Positions 1 through 10,576 of a stretch of DNA of 64,000 nt are shown here, piece after piece. Under the pieces are notes generated by a model. That model ran no database searches. It saw only the letters and a list, made by a program, of their open reading frames with translations, and was not told the DNA's origin. The stretch is from an uncultured Nitrososphaerales archaeon (lineage in GTDB: Archaea > Thermoproteota > Nitrososphaeria > Nitrososphaerales > Nitrososphaeraceae), in NCBI GenBank assembly GCA_963709405.1, contig CAVPXM010000053.1:32001-96000 (forward strand), read 5' to 3'. The translations under genes were made by a program, and so were the position numbers. How positions within the stretch are numbered: the first letter of the stretch is position 1; each line of letters begins with the position of its first letter.

Positions 1-79
1 ATCTTTGTCTAATATTAAAATAATTCTGATTAAAATACGATAATTACCTTAATATCACTCAGTAAAAGTACTATACAGA

Positions 80-1343
80 TTGCACTGGAAGGATACACTG
101 CCTGACTGGTATATCAAAGAATATGGATATCAACCAAATATTAACATAGGCACGTCCGGTCATGTTGACCATGGAAAGACTACTCTAGTAGAGGCTATAA
201 CTGGGGTTTGGACAAGCGCACATAGCGAGGAATTAAGGAGAGGCATTACTATTAAGGTGGGCTATGCTGACGCAGCTTTTTATAAATGCCCACAGTGTCC
301 CCCGCCTGATTGTTACTCTACTAATCCAATATGCGCGAATTGTGAAGGAAAAAGCGAGCTGTTGAGAGTCGTAAGTTTCGTAGACTCTCCAGGCCACGAA
401 AGCCTAATGGCAAACATGTTGTCGGGATCTGCTCTTATGGATGGAGCAATCCTAGTCGTTGCTGCCGAACGATCGAGTTCCCCAACCTCAGACACGAGAG
501 CACATGCTTGCTCTACAGGTCCTCGGAATTAAGCAGATAGTAATTGTTCAAAATAAAGTAGATTTGACTGACCCGGAAAATGCATTAGAAAATTATGAAG
601 AGATAAGGGATTTTGTGAAGCATAGTGTAGCTGAGAGTGCTCCGATAATTCCGGTATCTGCACAGCACAAAATCAATATCGATGCCCTGATAGAGGCAAT
701 AGAGGGAACAATAAAGACTCCTGTTCGAATGAAAAATGCAAATGCAATAATGCACGTCTTGCGCTCATTCGATGTGAACAAGCCTGGAATTAGAATAAAA
801 CAGGTCAAAGGAGGAGTCATAGGAGGAGCTTTAATTCAAGGCGAATTTAATGTAGGCGACGAAGTTGAGATTCGACCTGGCTTCTTCGACGAAAAGAAAG
901 GCAAATACGAGCCGATTAATTCTACTCTCGCGACATTGGGTACAGGAGCCGGCTTGGTAGAAAATGTGAAACCAGGTGGACTCATTGCTCTTGGTACTAA
1001 ATTGGATCCAACCTTTGTGAAGAGTGATTCCCTGATCGGCTCCGTTGTTGGGAGGCCGGGAGACTTACCTAAAGATATTGAAGATATATCGGTGGAAGTG
1101 CACCTTTTTGATACCGCGGTAGGTACTCAAGAATTGGTTAAGGTTGATCCCATCAGAGTGAAGGAACCATTGAGATTAAATGTAGGGACAGCAACCGCTC
1201 TGGGAACGGTTGCAGGTACCAGAGATGACAAAGTAGAGATAAGATTGAAGAAACCTGTCTGTATGATGCCTAAGAGCAGGGTAGCTATTAGCAGGAGGAT
1301 AACAGACAGGTGGAGATTAATAGGAGCTGGCATAGCTTCATAA
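80..1343 (+). CDS. eif2g: Translation initiation factor aIF2 gamma subunit (split by an apparent +1 insertion at ~466-467)
   Basis: [18 protein letters not shown], zinc-knuckle cysteines, DSPGHE, NKVD and C-terminal RWRLIGAG. Removing one base in GCTGCCGAAC joins ORFs 80..532 and 459..1343 as [12 protein letters not shown]. Confidence 0.95.
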
Positions 1344-1686
1344 GAAAACATATATTCTCACTCAATGATACAACACCTGACGTAAGATATGTTACGCAAG
1401 ATCAGACAGCATTTCAGGTTTTCAAACCCCTTAAAGTTCCAGGCTGGCTTCTCTCCTCTAGGTCATAGCCAAGATACGCTTACTTATGAATCTCTATTTT
1501 AGAAATTAAATATTTCAAACAAAACTGGTATGTATCGCTTTACGCGTGGAGTAGCATTTATCAGCCTTTCCAAATATTTTTTGCAACATCTCTGGTAACT
1601 CATAATAAATCAGTTTGTCTTCGGATAGCATCGGCTCAGTTTTATGGGAAGGTTTTTAATCTAGAATCAGTCCGTCATAAAGGATA

Positions 1687-2787
1687 ATGAAGGTTCTCGA
1701 TATAGCGAAAACAAAAGTCCTCAGTCTTGATCCTGAAGAGACGGTAGGCAAGGCGTTGAGTCTAATGTATGAAAACAAGATTCATCAAATTCCGATTATC
1801 GACACTGACTCCGTATACAGGGGTATGATATTCGCAAAACAATTTCTAACTGTAAATGCTCTACCACACTCTAAAGTCAAGAGTTTTATTAGTAATACTC
1901 CCTCACTTGATGAAAGTGACGACGTTGAAAAATGTGTCCAACTAATGGTCGTCACTGGAAATAGGGCCTTACCACTGCTTGAAAGTGGAAGACTTACAGG
2001 CCTACTCAGTGAGATTGATATTCTTACGATTTCAGATTTTGGACATGCTATCGTAGACGAAGTGATGTCTGGAGCAATTGTGATCGAAGAACAGACAGCT
2101 CTAGGCAATGCATTGTCAAAGATGCGTCGATATAATATATCACGTCTTCCGGTTATCACTCCAAATGGGATTCTTGTTGGTATTATTAATTCGCTAGACA
2201 TAGCTGAGGTCATTTCCACGCCAATAGAAAGGTCTACGAAGTCTAAGGGAATCGGTGGCTTGGTTGCTATCAGAGATCTTAAAGTGAAATCCATCATGAA
2301 ACGCCCGATTTCTGTTGAAAGGGGTACAAGAGTGAATGATGTCGTAGCCCATCTCAAAAATAGTGAAGAGATTGTTGTTGTTGGGGATAAGAGGCCTATT
2401 GGAATCATTACTCCAAAGGATATCTTGGAACTAATTCTTCCTAGGATGAACAAACCTACGGTCCATGTGGCCCATCTAGATGACGAAAATGCCCGATCAG
2501 AAATCGAGATTCAAATGCACAAATTTTTAGATAAAATTCGGGGAAAAATGGGAGATATTCACCTAGTAGTAGTTTACGCTGATAAACACAAGACTCGTAA
2601 GTATTCTATGCGTGCAAGACTAATCACAACTACAGGAGTAATCGATGCAAAATGTGTTGCATTCGATCCTTTAAGCGCATGTAAAGGAATGATAGCCAGA
2701 CTCGATAGGCGGATAAAATCTGAACATAGCCAAAAGGTCAGAAATAGGCAGCACGCTAAATCGGCGAGAGGTTATGAATTAGAATAG
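1687..2787 (+). CDS. Four-CBS-domain protein with C-terminal HPF/RaiA-like domain (candidate ribosome hibernation factor)
   Basis: Two CBS pairs (IHQIPII, NRALPLL..GLLS..DI, ISRLPVI..GII, IGIITPKDI). The last ~110 aa show a beta-alpha-beta-beta-beta-alpha pattern with a basic final helix (ARLDRRIK), as in HPF/S30EA. Confidence 0.75.
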   Translation: MKVLDIAKTKVLSLDPEETVGKALSLMYENKIHQIPIIDTDSVYRGMIFAKQFLTVNALPHSKVKSFISNTPSLDESDDVEKCVQLMVVTGNRALPLLESGRLTGLLSEIDILTISDFGHAIVDEVMSGAIVIEEQTALGNALSKMRRYNISRLPVITPNGILVGIINSLDIAEVISTPIERSTKSKGIGGLVAIRDLKVKSIMKRPISVERGTRVNDVVAHLKNSEEIVVVGDKRPIGIITPKDILELILPRMNKPTVHVAHLDDENARSEIEIQMHKFLDKIRGKMGDIHLVVVYADKHKTRKYSMRARLITTTGVIDAKCVAFDPLSACKGMIARLDRRIKSEHSQKVRNRQHAKSARGYELE

Positions 2788-2918
2788 CGCAGATGAGGAG
2801 ATTCGAACTCCTGATCGCCTAGAGGCGAATCGGCTAGCTTTTAGCCCCGTAACTCAAGGCCGACGCATTATTATGTTCATGCTGCTCTGAGCACCGAAGA
2901 CCACTCTGCCACATCTGC
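2788..2918 (-). tRNA. tRNA-Ser(UGA) with two introns (D-loop and canonical 37/38)
   Basis: Minus strand: acceptor GCAGATG/CATCTGC with discriminator G. D arm GCAGAGTGGTC...AATGC is interrupted by ~28 nt. Anticodon arm TCGGC-CTTGAG[17-nt intron]A-GCCGA. Long variable arm TCGCC-TCTA-GGCGA. T loop GTTCGAATC. Confidence 0.9.
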
Positions 2919-3379
2919 ATGATTCATAACGTCGGCTAACTGATTATTATATGTTAACAAATTATTGATCATTTGGTATATCTAGCAAATCAGTAGTCGG
3001 CATATAACAAAGAATAGCTTAATCAAAAAGTATACAAAATAGAAATAGAAGACTGATATTGAAAAATTAGATGCAGGCATTTGACAATCATGTATTCCAC
3101 ATAAGTGGTCGGTGATATATATAGGATTAAGTTCAATATAGGTAAATCAAAAACCCGCCGACAGTAGGAGAAAAAAAGTTTTTGCAATTAATAATTTCAA
3201 TAATATGCCTGATCTGATCTGATCTGGTTTAACATGATCTAGCATTAGATACTTGAAATGTTAGTTCTCTTTATGTGGAACGTATGTTGTTCAAAATAAT
3301 TCTGAACCTTAAAATCTATATACAAAAGAAGTGGAGAATAATACAAACAATTAATAATTGATCCTTTACCAATTATTTA

Positions 3380-3442
3380 TTACTTTTTTGTCTTTTTTTC
3401 TACCTTCTTAGCAGATTTAGCTGCTTTCTTCTTTGCTGCCAT
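3380..3442 (-). CDS. 20-aa Lys/Ala-rich basic microprotein MAAKKKAAKSAKKVEKKTKK
   Basis: Clean ATG..TAA ORF below the ORF-track cutoff. 10 of 20 residues are Lys. An archaeal TATA/BRE-like element lies ~28-40 nt upstream. Confidence 0.65.
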   Translation of the reverse strand: MAAKKKAAKSAKKVEKKTKK

Positions 3443-3469
3443 ATTCAAAGATATAAAATAAAGAATTCG

Positions 3470-3483
3470 TATTTAAGTTTTTT
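3470..3483 (-). promoter_or_regulatory. BRE/TATA promoter of the basic microprotein
   Basis: Minus strand AAAAAA-CTTAAATA, 28-35 nt upstream of the ATG at 3442, the typical spacing for short-leader archaeal mRNAs. Confidence 0.5.
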
Positions 3484-3538
3484 ATAACACTAACAAATCG
3501 ACGCTTTTCTGAAAGTTTATAATTTGGTTATTCTCGAA

Positions 3539-4207
3539 TCAGTCCTTGGGGAGAATCTTCGTTTCACAAATTTTAACAAGATTACTAAAGGTTACTGCAT
3601 CTTTTTCAGAGCCCACAATTGTTCCATAATGCATAGGTATAACAAGTTTCGTTGGTCTTATAAGTTCGTTTGTTGCTTTTGCCGCCTCTTCTGCAGTCAT
3701 GACATATGTTCCAGATACCGGCACCAAGGCAATATCTGGTCTCATGAATTCCATTTCTGGGATGATATCCGTGTCACCAGCATGATATAGTCGATATTTG
3801 CTTCCTACAATTATAAAGCCCACCTTATTATCTATCTTGGGATGGAAACTCTTGTTGGTATTATATGCGGAAACAACCTCTATTGGCACACCTTGAATTG
3901 TCAACATGTCACCTGGCACGACTCCTTTCAGTTCATTTGGAAGATCAGTTAACTTTTCAATACATTCCTGCGCGGCTAATATACTGGTATTTGCATTTGT
4001 GATTTCATTCAAATCCTCTGGACTCAAATGATCAAAATGTGCATGTGAAATTAGAACTATATCCGCATCATGGGCATTTTTTTTGGATTCACTCAACCGG
4101 TAAGGATCGATATAAACAGTTTTCTCCTCGTTATGATTATTCATTAATATTATTTTGAATCCATCATGGCCAAGCCATGACAGCCGAATGGAATCATATT
4201 CTAACAT
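3539..4207 (-). CDS. Metallo-beta-lactamase fold hydrolase (UPF0173/UlaG-like)
   Basis: WLGHDGF, IDPY, SHAHFDH, YHAGDT and IPMHYG motifs. Confidence 0.9.
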   Translation of the reverse strand: MLEYDSIRLSWLGHDGFKIILMNNHNEEKTVYIDPYRLSESKKNAHDADIVLISHAHFDHLSPEDLNEITNANTSILAAQECIEKLTDLPNELKGVVPGDMLTIQGVPIEVVSAYNTNKSFHPKIDNKVGFIIVGSKYRLYHAGDTDIIPEMEFMRPDIALVPVSGTYVMTAEEAAKATNELIRPTKLVIPMHYGTIVGSEKDAVTFSNLVKICETKILPKD

Positions 4208-4240
4208 ATCATCTCTTGAGATGCTTTTTAATTTAAAGGT

Positions 4241-4630
4241 TTAATATTGGATATCATTAGCTACTATCAAGCGATTTTTGCTTAGTGTAAATACAAGGAT
4301 TTTATATTGAATTAACTTTCTCTTTAGAACGATATCCAACGTTGCAGCCGCACATCTATTGGTCAAAGCATATTCAACTATCGCATCATCTACAAGATGA
4401 GAATGTGTAAATTTAACTATTTCAAATTTGGAAAGAGCAATTTTAACTGCAGTTCTAGCTGCCATGGATCGTTTTGGTCCTGACATCTTCTGTAAGTGCT
4501 TTAATTCATCCAGTACAATATCTGGAACTAAGAAATTCAACTTACCCAATTCGGCCTCAATTGTATCCAATTGTTTTATTGGATTAGAAACGAGGACCAT
4601 AAGAAAACTAGTATCGCAAATGACCTTCAT
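4241..4630 (-). CDS. PIN-domain nuclease (Fcf1/Utp24-like)
   Basis: VICDTSFLM, VPDIVLDEL, VDDAIV and ATLD acidic PIN motifs. Confidence 0.85.
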   Translation of the reverse strand: MKVICDTSFLMVLVSNPIKQLDTIEAELGKLNFLVPDIVLDELKHLQKMSGPKRSMAARTAVKIALSKFEIVKFTHSHLVDDAIVEYALTNRCAAATLDIVLKRKLIQYKILVFTLSKNRLIVANDIQY

Positions 4631-4839
4631 GATTAGTACAATACAATACTAATTAGTGATAGGACATATATTCTATGAAGATAACAAGAAGTAAAATTCA
4701 ACGGTTCATGAATTTCATCTTTGATAGTCATGATACTACTCAGGCAAATCAATAACTGTATGAACGTTACGGACATAGATATAGCACCTTAAACCAACCT
4801 GACTATTATCCATTGCAAAAAATATAAGTTAAAATTGCA

Positions 4840-5388
4840 TTGCAAATAACTTGCCACACAAGCCTATTGTTTAGAGGAGCATTTATTGGTCGGTTTCAAC
4901 CCTTACATCTGGGCCATCTGGCCACTATAAAGTATGCGCTACGTGGTGTACATGAGCTTATAATTGTAATTGGTAGTGCTCAAAAGAGTCATGAATCAAA
5001 AAATCCGTTCACGGCTGGCGAGCGGATCGAGATGATAAGAGATTCATTGCAGGCAGACCGTGAAATTAACATGGATAAAATATTTTTGATCCCTGTCCCT
5101 GATATTGATATACATAGTCTGTGGACTCATCAGGTAGACCTTCTGGTTCCAAGATACAACGTGATTTTTACCAATGATATATTTACAAGACAATTATACA
5201 TCGAGAGGGGGATCACTGTAATAGAACCCGCAATGTACAGGCGAGAAGAATTTTCTGCCACCGAAGTAAGAACTAGGATAGCAAATGGGCAGGAATGGAA
5301 ACAATTAGTCACTCATCAAACTGCCAAAATTATTGAAGAGATAGGAGGAATTGAACGAATACGCCAGCTTTATAATCTTGCCCAATAG
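4840..5388 (+). CDS. nadM: Nicotinamide-nucleotide adenylyltransferase
   Basis: FIGRFQPLHLGH, GSAQ, NPFTAGERIEMI, SATEVR. True start may be TTG near 4867. Confidence 0.93.
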   Translation: MQITCHTSLLFRGAFIGRFQPLHLGHLATIKYALRGVHELIIVIGSAQKSHESKNPFTAGERIEMIRDSLQADREINMDKIFLIPVPDIDIHSLWTHQVDLLVPRYNVIFTNDIFTRQLYIERGITVIEPAMYRREEFSATEVRTRIANGQEWKQLVTHQTAKIIEEIGGIERIRQLYNLAQ

Positions 5389-5617
5389 TGAATATGGCAT
5401 TTTTGAATATCAGATCGTAGGCCACAATCTCATTATCTCAATTAACTGCATATATTTATAAAAATGTATTAATAATGATATATAATTCTGCAAATATTTA
5501 GCCCTTATAGAAATACTTTGCCATAGTCTTAACAATATATTCAATCTGCTTCAGAATTTGTTTGCTCATCAAAGAAAATGTATTTCTATTTGATAAGTCG
5601 ATATACTATGCATACCA

Positions 5618-6034
5618 TTGAAATCGAAACCTGGTCTTTCAAATAGAAAAACTCGAGAACTCGAAAACACGACTCAAACAATTATTCCTAATAGTGATTC
5701 ATGGTTTACCGACTTGCAAAAGCTGTCTAGTGACGAGTTGGTACGCATGTATAACACTATTAAAAGTAGTGATTATGAGTTCGCAAAAGATGCATGGTAT
5801 AACCCGCTGGAAATCGACAAGAGATGTCCTATCATGGTTGCCAAAGGATATAGAACGCCCGATACTCCGGATAAGATGATCGAATTTCAAGATACAGCGA
5901 AGACACTAGAACATGAATTTCGTGGGTTTATAGATGCATGGGACTTTGGCGTTATATCAATACATGACATTGAAACAGCTATATTATACCTCCTTGAATG
6001 TGGAAGCATAGAAATCAGGGAATATTCTGCGTAG
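5618..6034 (+). CDS. Hypothetical protein
   Basis: 138-aa ORF with protein-like composition. No motif recognised. Confidence 0.5.
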   Translation: MKSKPGLSNRKTRELENTTQTIIPNSDSWFTDLQKLSSDELVRMYNTIKSSDYEFAKDAWYNPLEIDKRCPIMVAKGYRTPDTPDKMIEFQDTAKTLEHEFRGFIDAWDFGVISIHDIETAILYLLECGSIEIREYSA

Positions 6035-6162
6035 ACGAGAACGCTGAGTTATTAGCGAGACTAGGTACAGGGGGCTCTCCCAGTAAGTAAAAATAAACTT
6101 CAAAATCGAGTAGCTCAAAAGTAGGAATCCATATATGGGAGGTTGTGTTATGACCGGAAGAA

Positions 6163-7540
6163 GTGGGATCGGTAGGATACAAAGGAAAAGCTTCTGAACT
6201 ACTCATCAAATATGGTATCAAAATAGGAGAGAGTGTTAATATTCACACTAGCAGTGGAAAATATTCAGGGATCTTGCTTCCTCGTTATGAATTATTCGAT
6301 AACAATCACGTTGTTATAAAACTAAGGAATGGCTACAACATTGGTATAGATCTGACAAAAATTAAATCAATTGATAAAATAGATATTGGACCTCAGGATG
6401 GTATACTTTTTGGCAGAACTACTTTGGATGATATAGATCAACCTACAGAGCGTCATACCCATATTGATGAACCTAGAGGTGAACGTACACTTCCTAAAGT
6501 TGCACTTATCAGTACAGGTGGTACCATAGGCAGCAAGATTGACTACAGGACCGGAGGTGTTACCTCAGTTTTATCTGCGTCTGATCTTTATGTATCAGTC
6601 CCAGAAATTTCTAGATATGCTTCAATCGACACCGAAATGTTACTAAATGAATATAGCGAAAATTTGAGGCCAGAGCATTGGACTCTCATGGCAGATAATA
6701 TCCTAGAAAAGCTTAGATTGGGTACATATGATGGGATCATTTTGTCACACGGAACTGATACCATGCATTACACTGCTGCCTGCTTTAAGTTTCGCACTTC
6801 ATCACATCCCCATACCGGTCATATTAACGGGGGCTCAAAGATCATCTGATAGACCATCTTCTGACGCCGCGCTTAACTTGATAGGAGCGACAAAGTTTGC
6901 TGTGAAATCCAAATTTTCTGGAGTCTTTATTGTGATGCATGCCGACGCCTCTGACAACTTATTAGCTTGCCACCTAGGTACCCGAGTTCGAAAAAACCAT
7001 ACTAGCAGTCGCGATGCATTTGAATCAATTGATATAAGGCCTGTAGCGTTAATCAATGGGGAGAAGGTCGAGATGCAGCAGAACCCCGGACTAGAATTGC
7101 GAAGACGTGGAGAAACAACTCGCTCTCCATATAAAACGTCTTTTGATAAACATGTGATTTTGCTTAAATATTATCCTGGATTTGACCCGAAGCTCATTTT
7201 ATATCTGGTACGAAGCGGTTACAAGGCCATAATCCTCGAAGGAACCGGTCTAGGTCATATAAGCAATGAGTGTTTCGCACAATTAAGACAAGCAATCGAG
7301 TCAGGAGTGATGATATTTATGACCTCTCAATGTATCTGGGGGCGAGTGAATATGAACGTGTATGATACAGGAAGAGACTTGCTCGGGATGGGGGTCATAC
7401 CCTTATCAGATATGACACCAGAAACAGCATTGGTAAAGGCAATGTGGCTACTGGCAAATATCCAAGATAGTACGAACATTAAAAAAATGATGCAAGAAAA
7501 CATGTGTAATGAGATATCTTCTATTAGCCCTATTCAATGA
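6163..7540 (+). CDS. gatD: Glutamyl-tRNA(Gln) amidotransferase subunit D (apparent +1 insertion at ~6780)
   Basis: KLRNGYNIG, ISTGGTI, SENL, HGTDTMHY, TGAQRSSDRPSSD, EGTGLGH. Frames join as YTAAALSF after removing one base in GCTGCCTGC. Confidence 0.95.
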
Positions 7541-7579
7541 GATAAGAAATAAAAGACTTGAATAACTTTCAGATTTCAA

Positions 7580-9488
7580 GTGTTAATAGATTCATTAGAA
7601 ATTAACGTGAAGGTGGGTTTGGAAATTCACCAACAACTGGCGACAAGAACTAAGCTCTTCTGTGACTGCCGCTGTGACGAGAATGAAGAATATAGTATGT
7701 TCCTTTCTCGTAGTTTAAGACCTGCTCAGAGTGAGCTAGGAATAATCGATCCCGCTGCATTATTTGAATTTAAAAAGATCCAGTCTGTAAAATACCATGC
7801 TGCTACCAGAACAAGTTGCTTGGTAGAAGCTGACGACGAACCACCACATCATGTAAATGAAGAAGCGTTTGAATCGTCTATAATTTTCTCAATGGCACTC
7901 AATTCTGACATCATCGACGAAATTCACGTAATGCGTAAAATAGTCATAGATGGATCAAATACTAGTGGGTTTCAGCGAACTATGTTAATTGCTACAGGTG
8001 GTTATATCGAGATCAATGGGAAGAGGATTGGCGTTCAAAGTGTATGTCTTGAAGAGGATGCGAGCGAAATTGATATCAGACAACACCAAACTAAGAGAAT
8101 ATGGACTGGATAGATTAGGAATACCATTAGTAGAGATTGCTCTTGAACCCATAACCGGTAACGCCAACGAAGTAATGCAACTTGCATTGAGTTTAGGAAG
8201 ACTAATGCGGGCAAGCAAACGAGTGGCTCGAGGCATCGGAAGCATACGACAAGACGTCAATATCTCTATAGAAAATGGACATGTAGTAGAAATAAAAGGT
8301 GTTCAAAAATTAGAACAATTAGTCAAAGTAATAAAATATGAAGCTATCAGACAACACGGCCTGATAACTATCGCGAATAAACTAAAAAACGAGAGAGGGA
8401 TTACAGAAGTAAGAATTGAAAATAGAATAGCAGACGTTACAGATATCCTAAGAGAATCATCTTCTAAAACAGTCATTGAATCACTTAAGGATCAGAACAC
8501 AGTATATAGAGCTGTTAAAATAGATGGTTTTGCTGGAATGCTCGGATATGAACCACATGACCATGTTAGACTGGGTAAGGAATTGAGTCATATTGTTCGA
8601 TTTTACGGGATTGGTGGAATATTTCACTCCGATGAGCTTCCAGGGTATGGCATATCAAGGGAAGACGTTGATGACATAGAAAAAAAGCTTGGAATAGACT
8701 CCAAGAATGACGCATTCATAATAATTGGTGGGCCACCAGAAAAGGTGTCTCATGCAATAGAATCTGTGATTCAGAGGCTAAAGATTGTACCTGAAGGAGT
8801 TCCTGCGGAAACACGAGCAGCGACACAAAATGGTGAAACCCTGTACATTAGGCCCAGACCTGGTTCAGCTAGAATGTACCCTGAAACTGATGTCGCTCCG
8901 ATCACAGTTGATAGTGCACTTATTGATTCACTACGTCATAAGATTCCACGACCGATAAAAGAATATACAAACGAGCTAATAAACAGATACGGATTAAACG
9001 AAAAACTTGCCGAGGAGATCTTTGATTCACCATATCTAAACCTCTTTGAAAAGATCGTTTCATCGACGAGAATATCACCTACATTTATCGCATCGAAATT
9101 GACAGAGGATATTACAAATCTAGAGAGACAAGGATACGGTAGTTCTATTTTGACTAATGATAGGCTGTTAGAAATCTTTAACGAGCTTGAGCACGGAAGG
9201 ATCGCAAAGGAATCGGTAACCTTACTGTTCCAGAAACTAATGACTCACGAGATCGAAAATCTAGATGAATTCAAGTCTAGAATTAAAACAATTAGTGAGC
9301 AACAGCTAGAGGAGGAAATTAATACTATTTTATATAAACACCTTGATGTTATAAAAGAGAAAGGGATGGATTCTATCGGTATGCTAATGGGCAGGACTAT
9401 GACTGTCCTGAGAGGTAGGTCAGATGGCCAGAAAATTAACGCAATTCTAAGGTGCAAATTAGAACAAATTGTGTCTTCGATGGAGTAG
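7580..9488 (+). CDS. gatE: Glutamyl-tRNA(Gln) amidotransferase subunit E (apparent +1 insertion at ~8062)
   Basis: KVGLEIHQQL, KLFC, DGSNTSGFQRT, LEEDA|AK, LDRLGIPLVEI, RQDVNISI, RMYPETD. Adjacent to gatD. Confidence 0.95.
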
Positions 9489-9559
9489 GTAAAAGAACTT
9501 GAAAAACTAGTTGCAGATTATGATGCATAATTGTAATTGTGAGTAGCAGTCATATACTA

Positions 9560-10576
9560 TCAATGACTATTCATATTTTTGTAAGACACATCAAATTTTT
9601 TGGTTATGCTGCCATAGAGATCATATATCTTTCCGCCCGCATAATCGCTTACATAGTTCCACAGATAATGGTTTATTGGTAGGGATTTAAACGCTAGCTT
9701 CTGTCTTTCATCCAACGAATCATATACCATTTTACCTATTACTATCTGATCTGGCTTTGCCAGTCCAGTCATTTTTGTAGTTATATTGATAGTATAACCG
9801 AGGGCATCGAGGTGAGCCTTTTTCATTATTACCTTTCCATTCCTGTTATACGTATCCCATCCATATTGTACAACTACATTTTCACCAATATCTATTCCAA
9901 TCCTAACCTTAAGCTCTGGATAATCATATTGGTTCAGTATGGGGTTTATTCCTTCGCGATTTACCTTGATCATCGAGCATGCACAATTGACAGCATTGAG
10001 ACATGGCAAATACGCATTCGCTTTATAGCTTTCATCCGTATCATAATCAGGGACAACAAAGAATGCCAAAATGGCATCACCTACATATTTTAAAATATAT
10101 CCACCATAGGCTTGAATCAACATTGACATTTCTTGGGTAAACGCCTGAATTATCGTAGCCAACCTGTGTATAGGAAGCATCATAGAGAGCCTAGTTGATT
10201 CAACAAGATCGATATATAAAATTACAAATGTTACTTTGGATCCTTCATAACTTTCTAAAATATTCTGAGTCTCCTCCATAGAAATATTAAACTGAGGTTT
10301 TACTTTTAGGGCCTGCCAGATTCTAGACTGCGCCTGTTTAATGGCTAGGTCCACATTGACTATCGTATCAAGGTACAGTCCACTCAGTAATGGAGCATCT
10401 CTTAGCCTTTTCTTGGAAGTCCTTTTATTCGTCTTGTGGCTATTAGCTTCATTTATTATATTCATGACATTTTCTTGATTCAAATCCATTTGTAATGCTA
10501 TTGTGTCTGGCGATATCCCAGACTTGTGCAAATTAATTATGGTTTCCCTTTGTTCTAGTGATATATTTGATATCAC
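9560..10576 (-). CDS. Class III adenylate/guanylate cyclase with N-terminal HTH-like segment
   Basis: YIDLVEST and KYVGDAILAFF (two catalytic Asp), RIGIDIGE, DALGYTINITTKM. N-terminal ISLEQRETIINLHKSGISPDTIALQMDL. Confidence 0.88.
   Translation of the reverse strand: MISNISLEQRETIINLHKSGISPDTIALQMDLNQENVMNIINEANSHKTNKRTSKKRLRDAPLLSGLYLDTIVNVDLAIKQAQSRIWQALKVKPQFNISMEETQNILESYEGSKVTFVILYIDLVESTRLSMMLPIHRLATIIQAFTQEMSMLIQAYGGYILKYVGDAILAFFVVPDYDTDESYKANAYLPCLNAVNCACSMIKVNREGINPILNQYDYPELKVRIGIDIGENVVVQYGWDTYNRNGKVIMKKAHLDALGYTINITTKMTGLAKPDQIVIGKMVYDSLDERQKLAFKSLPINHYLWNYVSDYAGGKIYDLYGSITKKFDVSYKNMNSH

Noticed and set aside
1785-2453. Long antisense ORFs (also 19124..19519, 39459..39797, 41517..41963, 52580..53023)
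   Set aside because: These are shadows of well-supported genes on the opposite strand, with no motifs of their own.
3210-3227. Short tandem duplications (TGATC x3 here; ATCATTATGG x2 at ~27731; ATTTGATTCTCT x2 at ~59378)
   Set aside because: Isolated and unrelated in sequence, consistent with slippage or read error.
80-9488. Calling eif2g, gatD and gatE pseudogenes or programmed-frameshift genes
   Set aside because: They are essential, otherwise intact, and have no slippery heptamers at the junctions. Sequencing error is more parsimonious.
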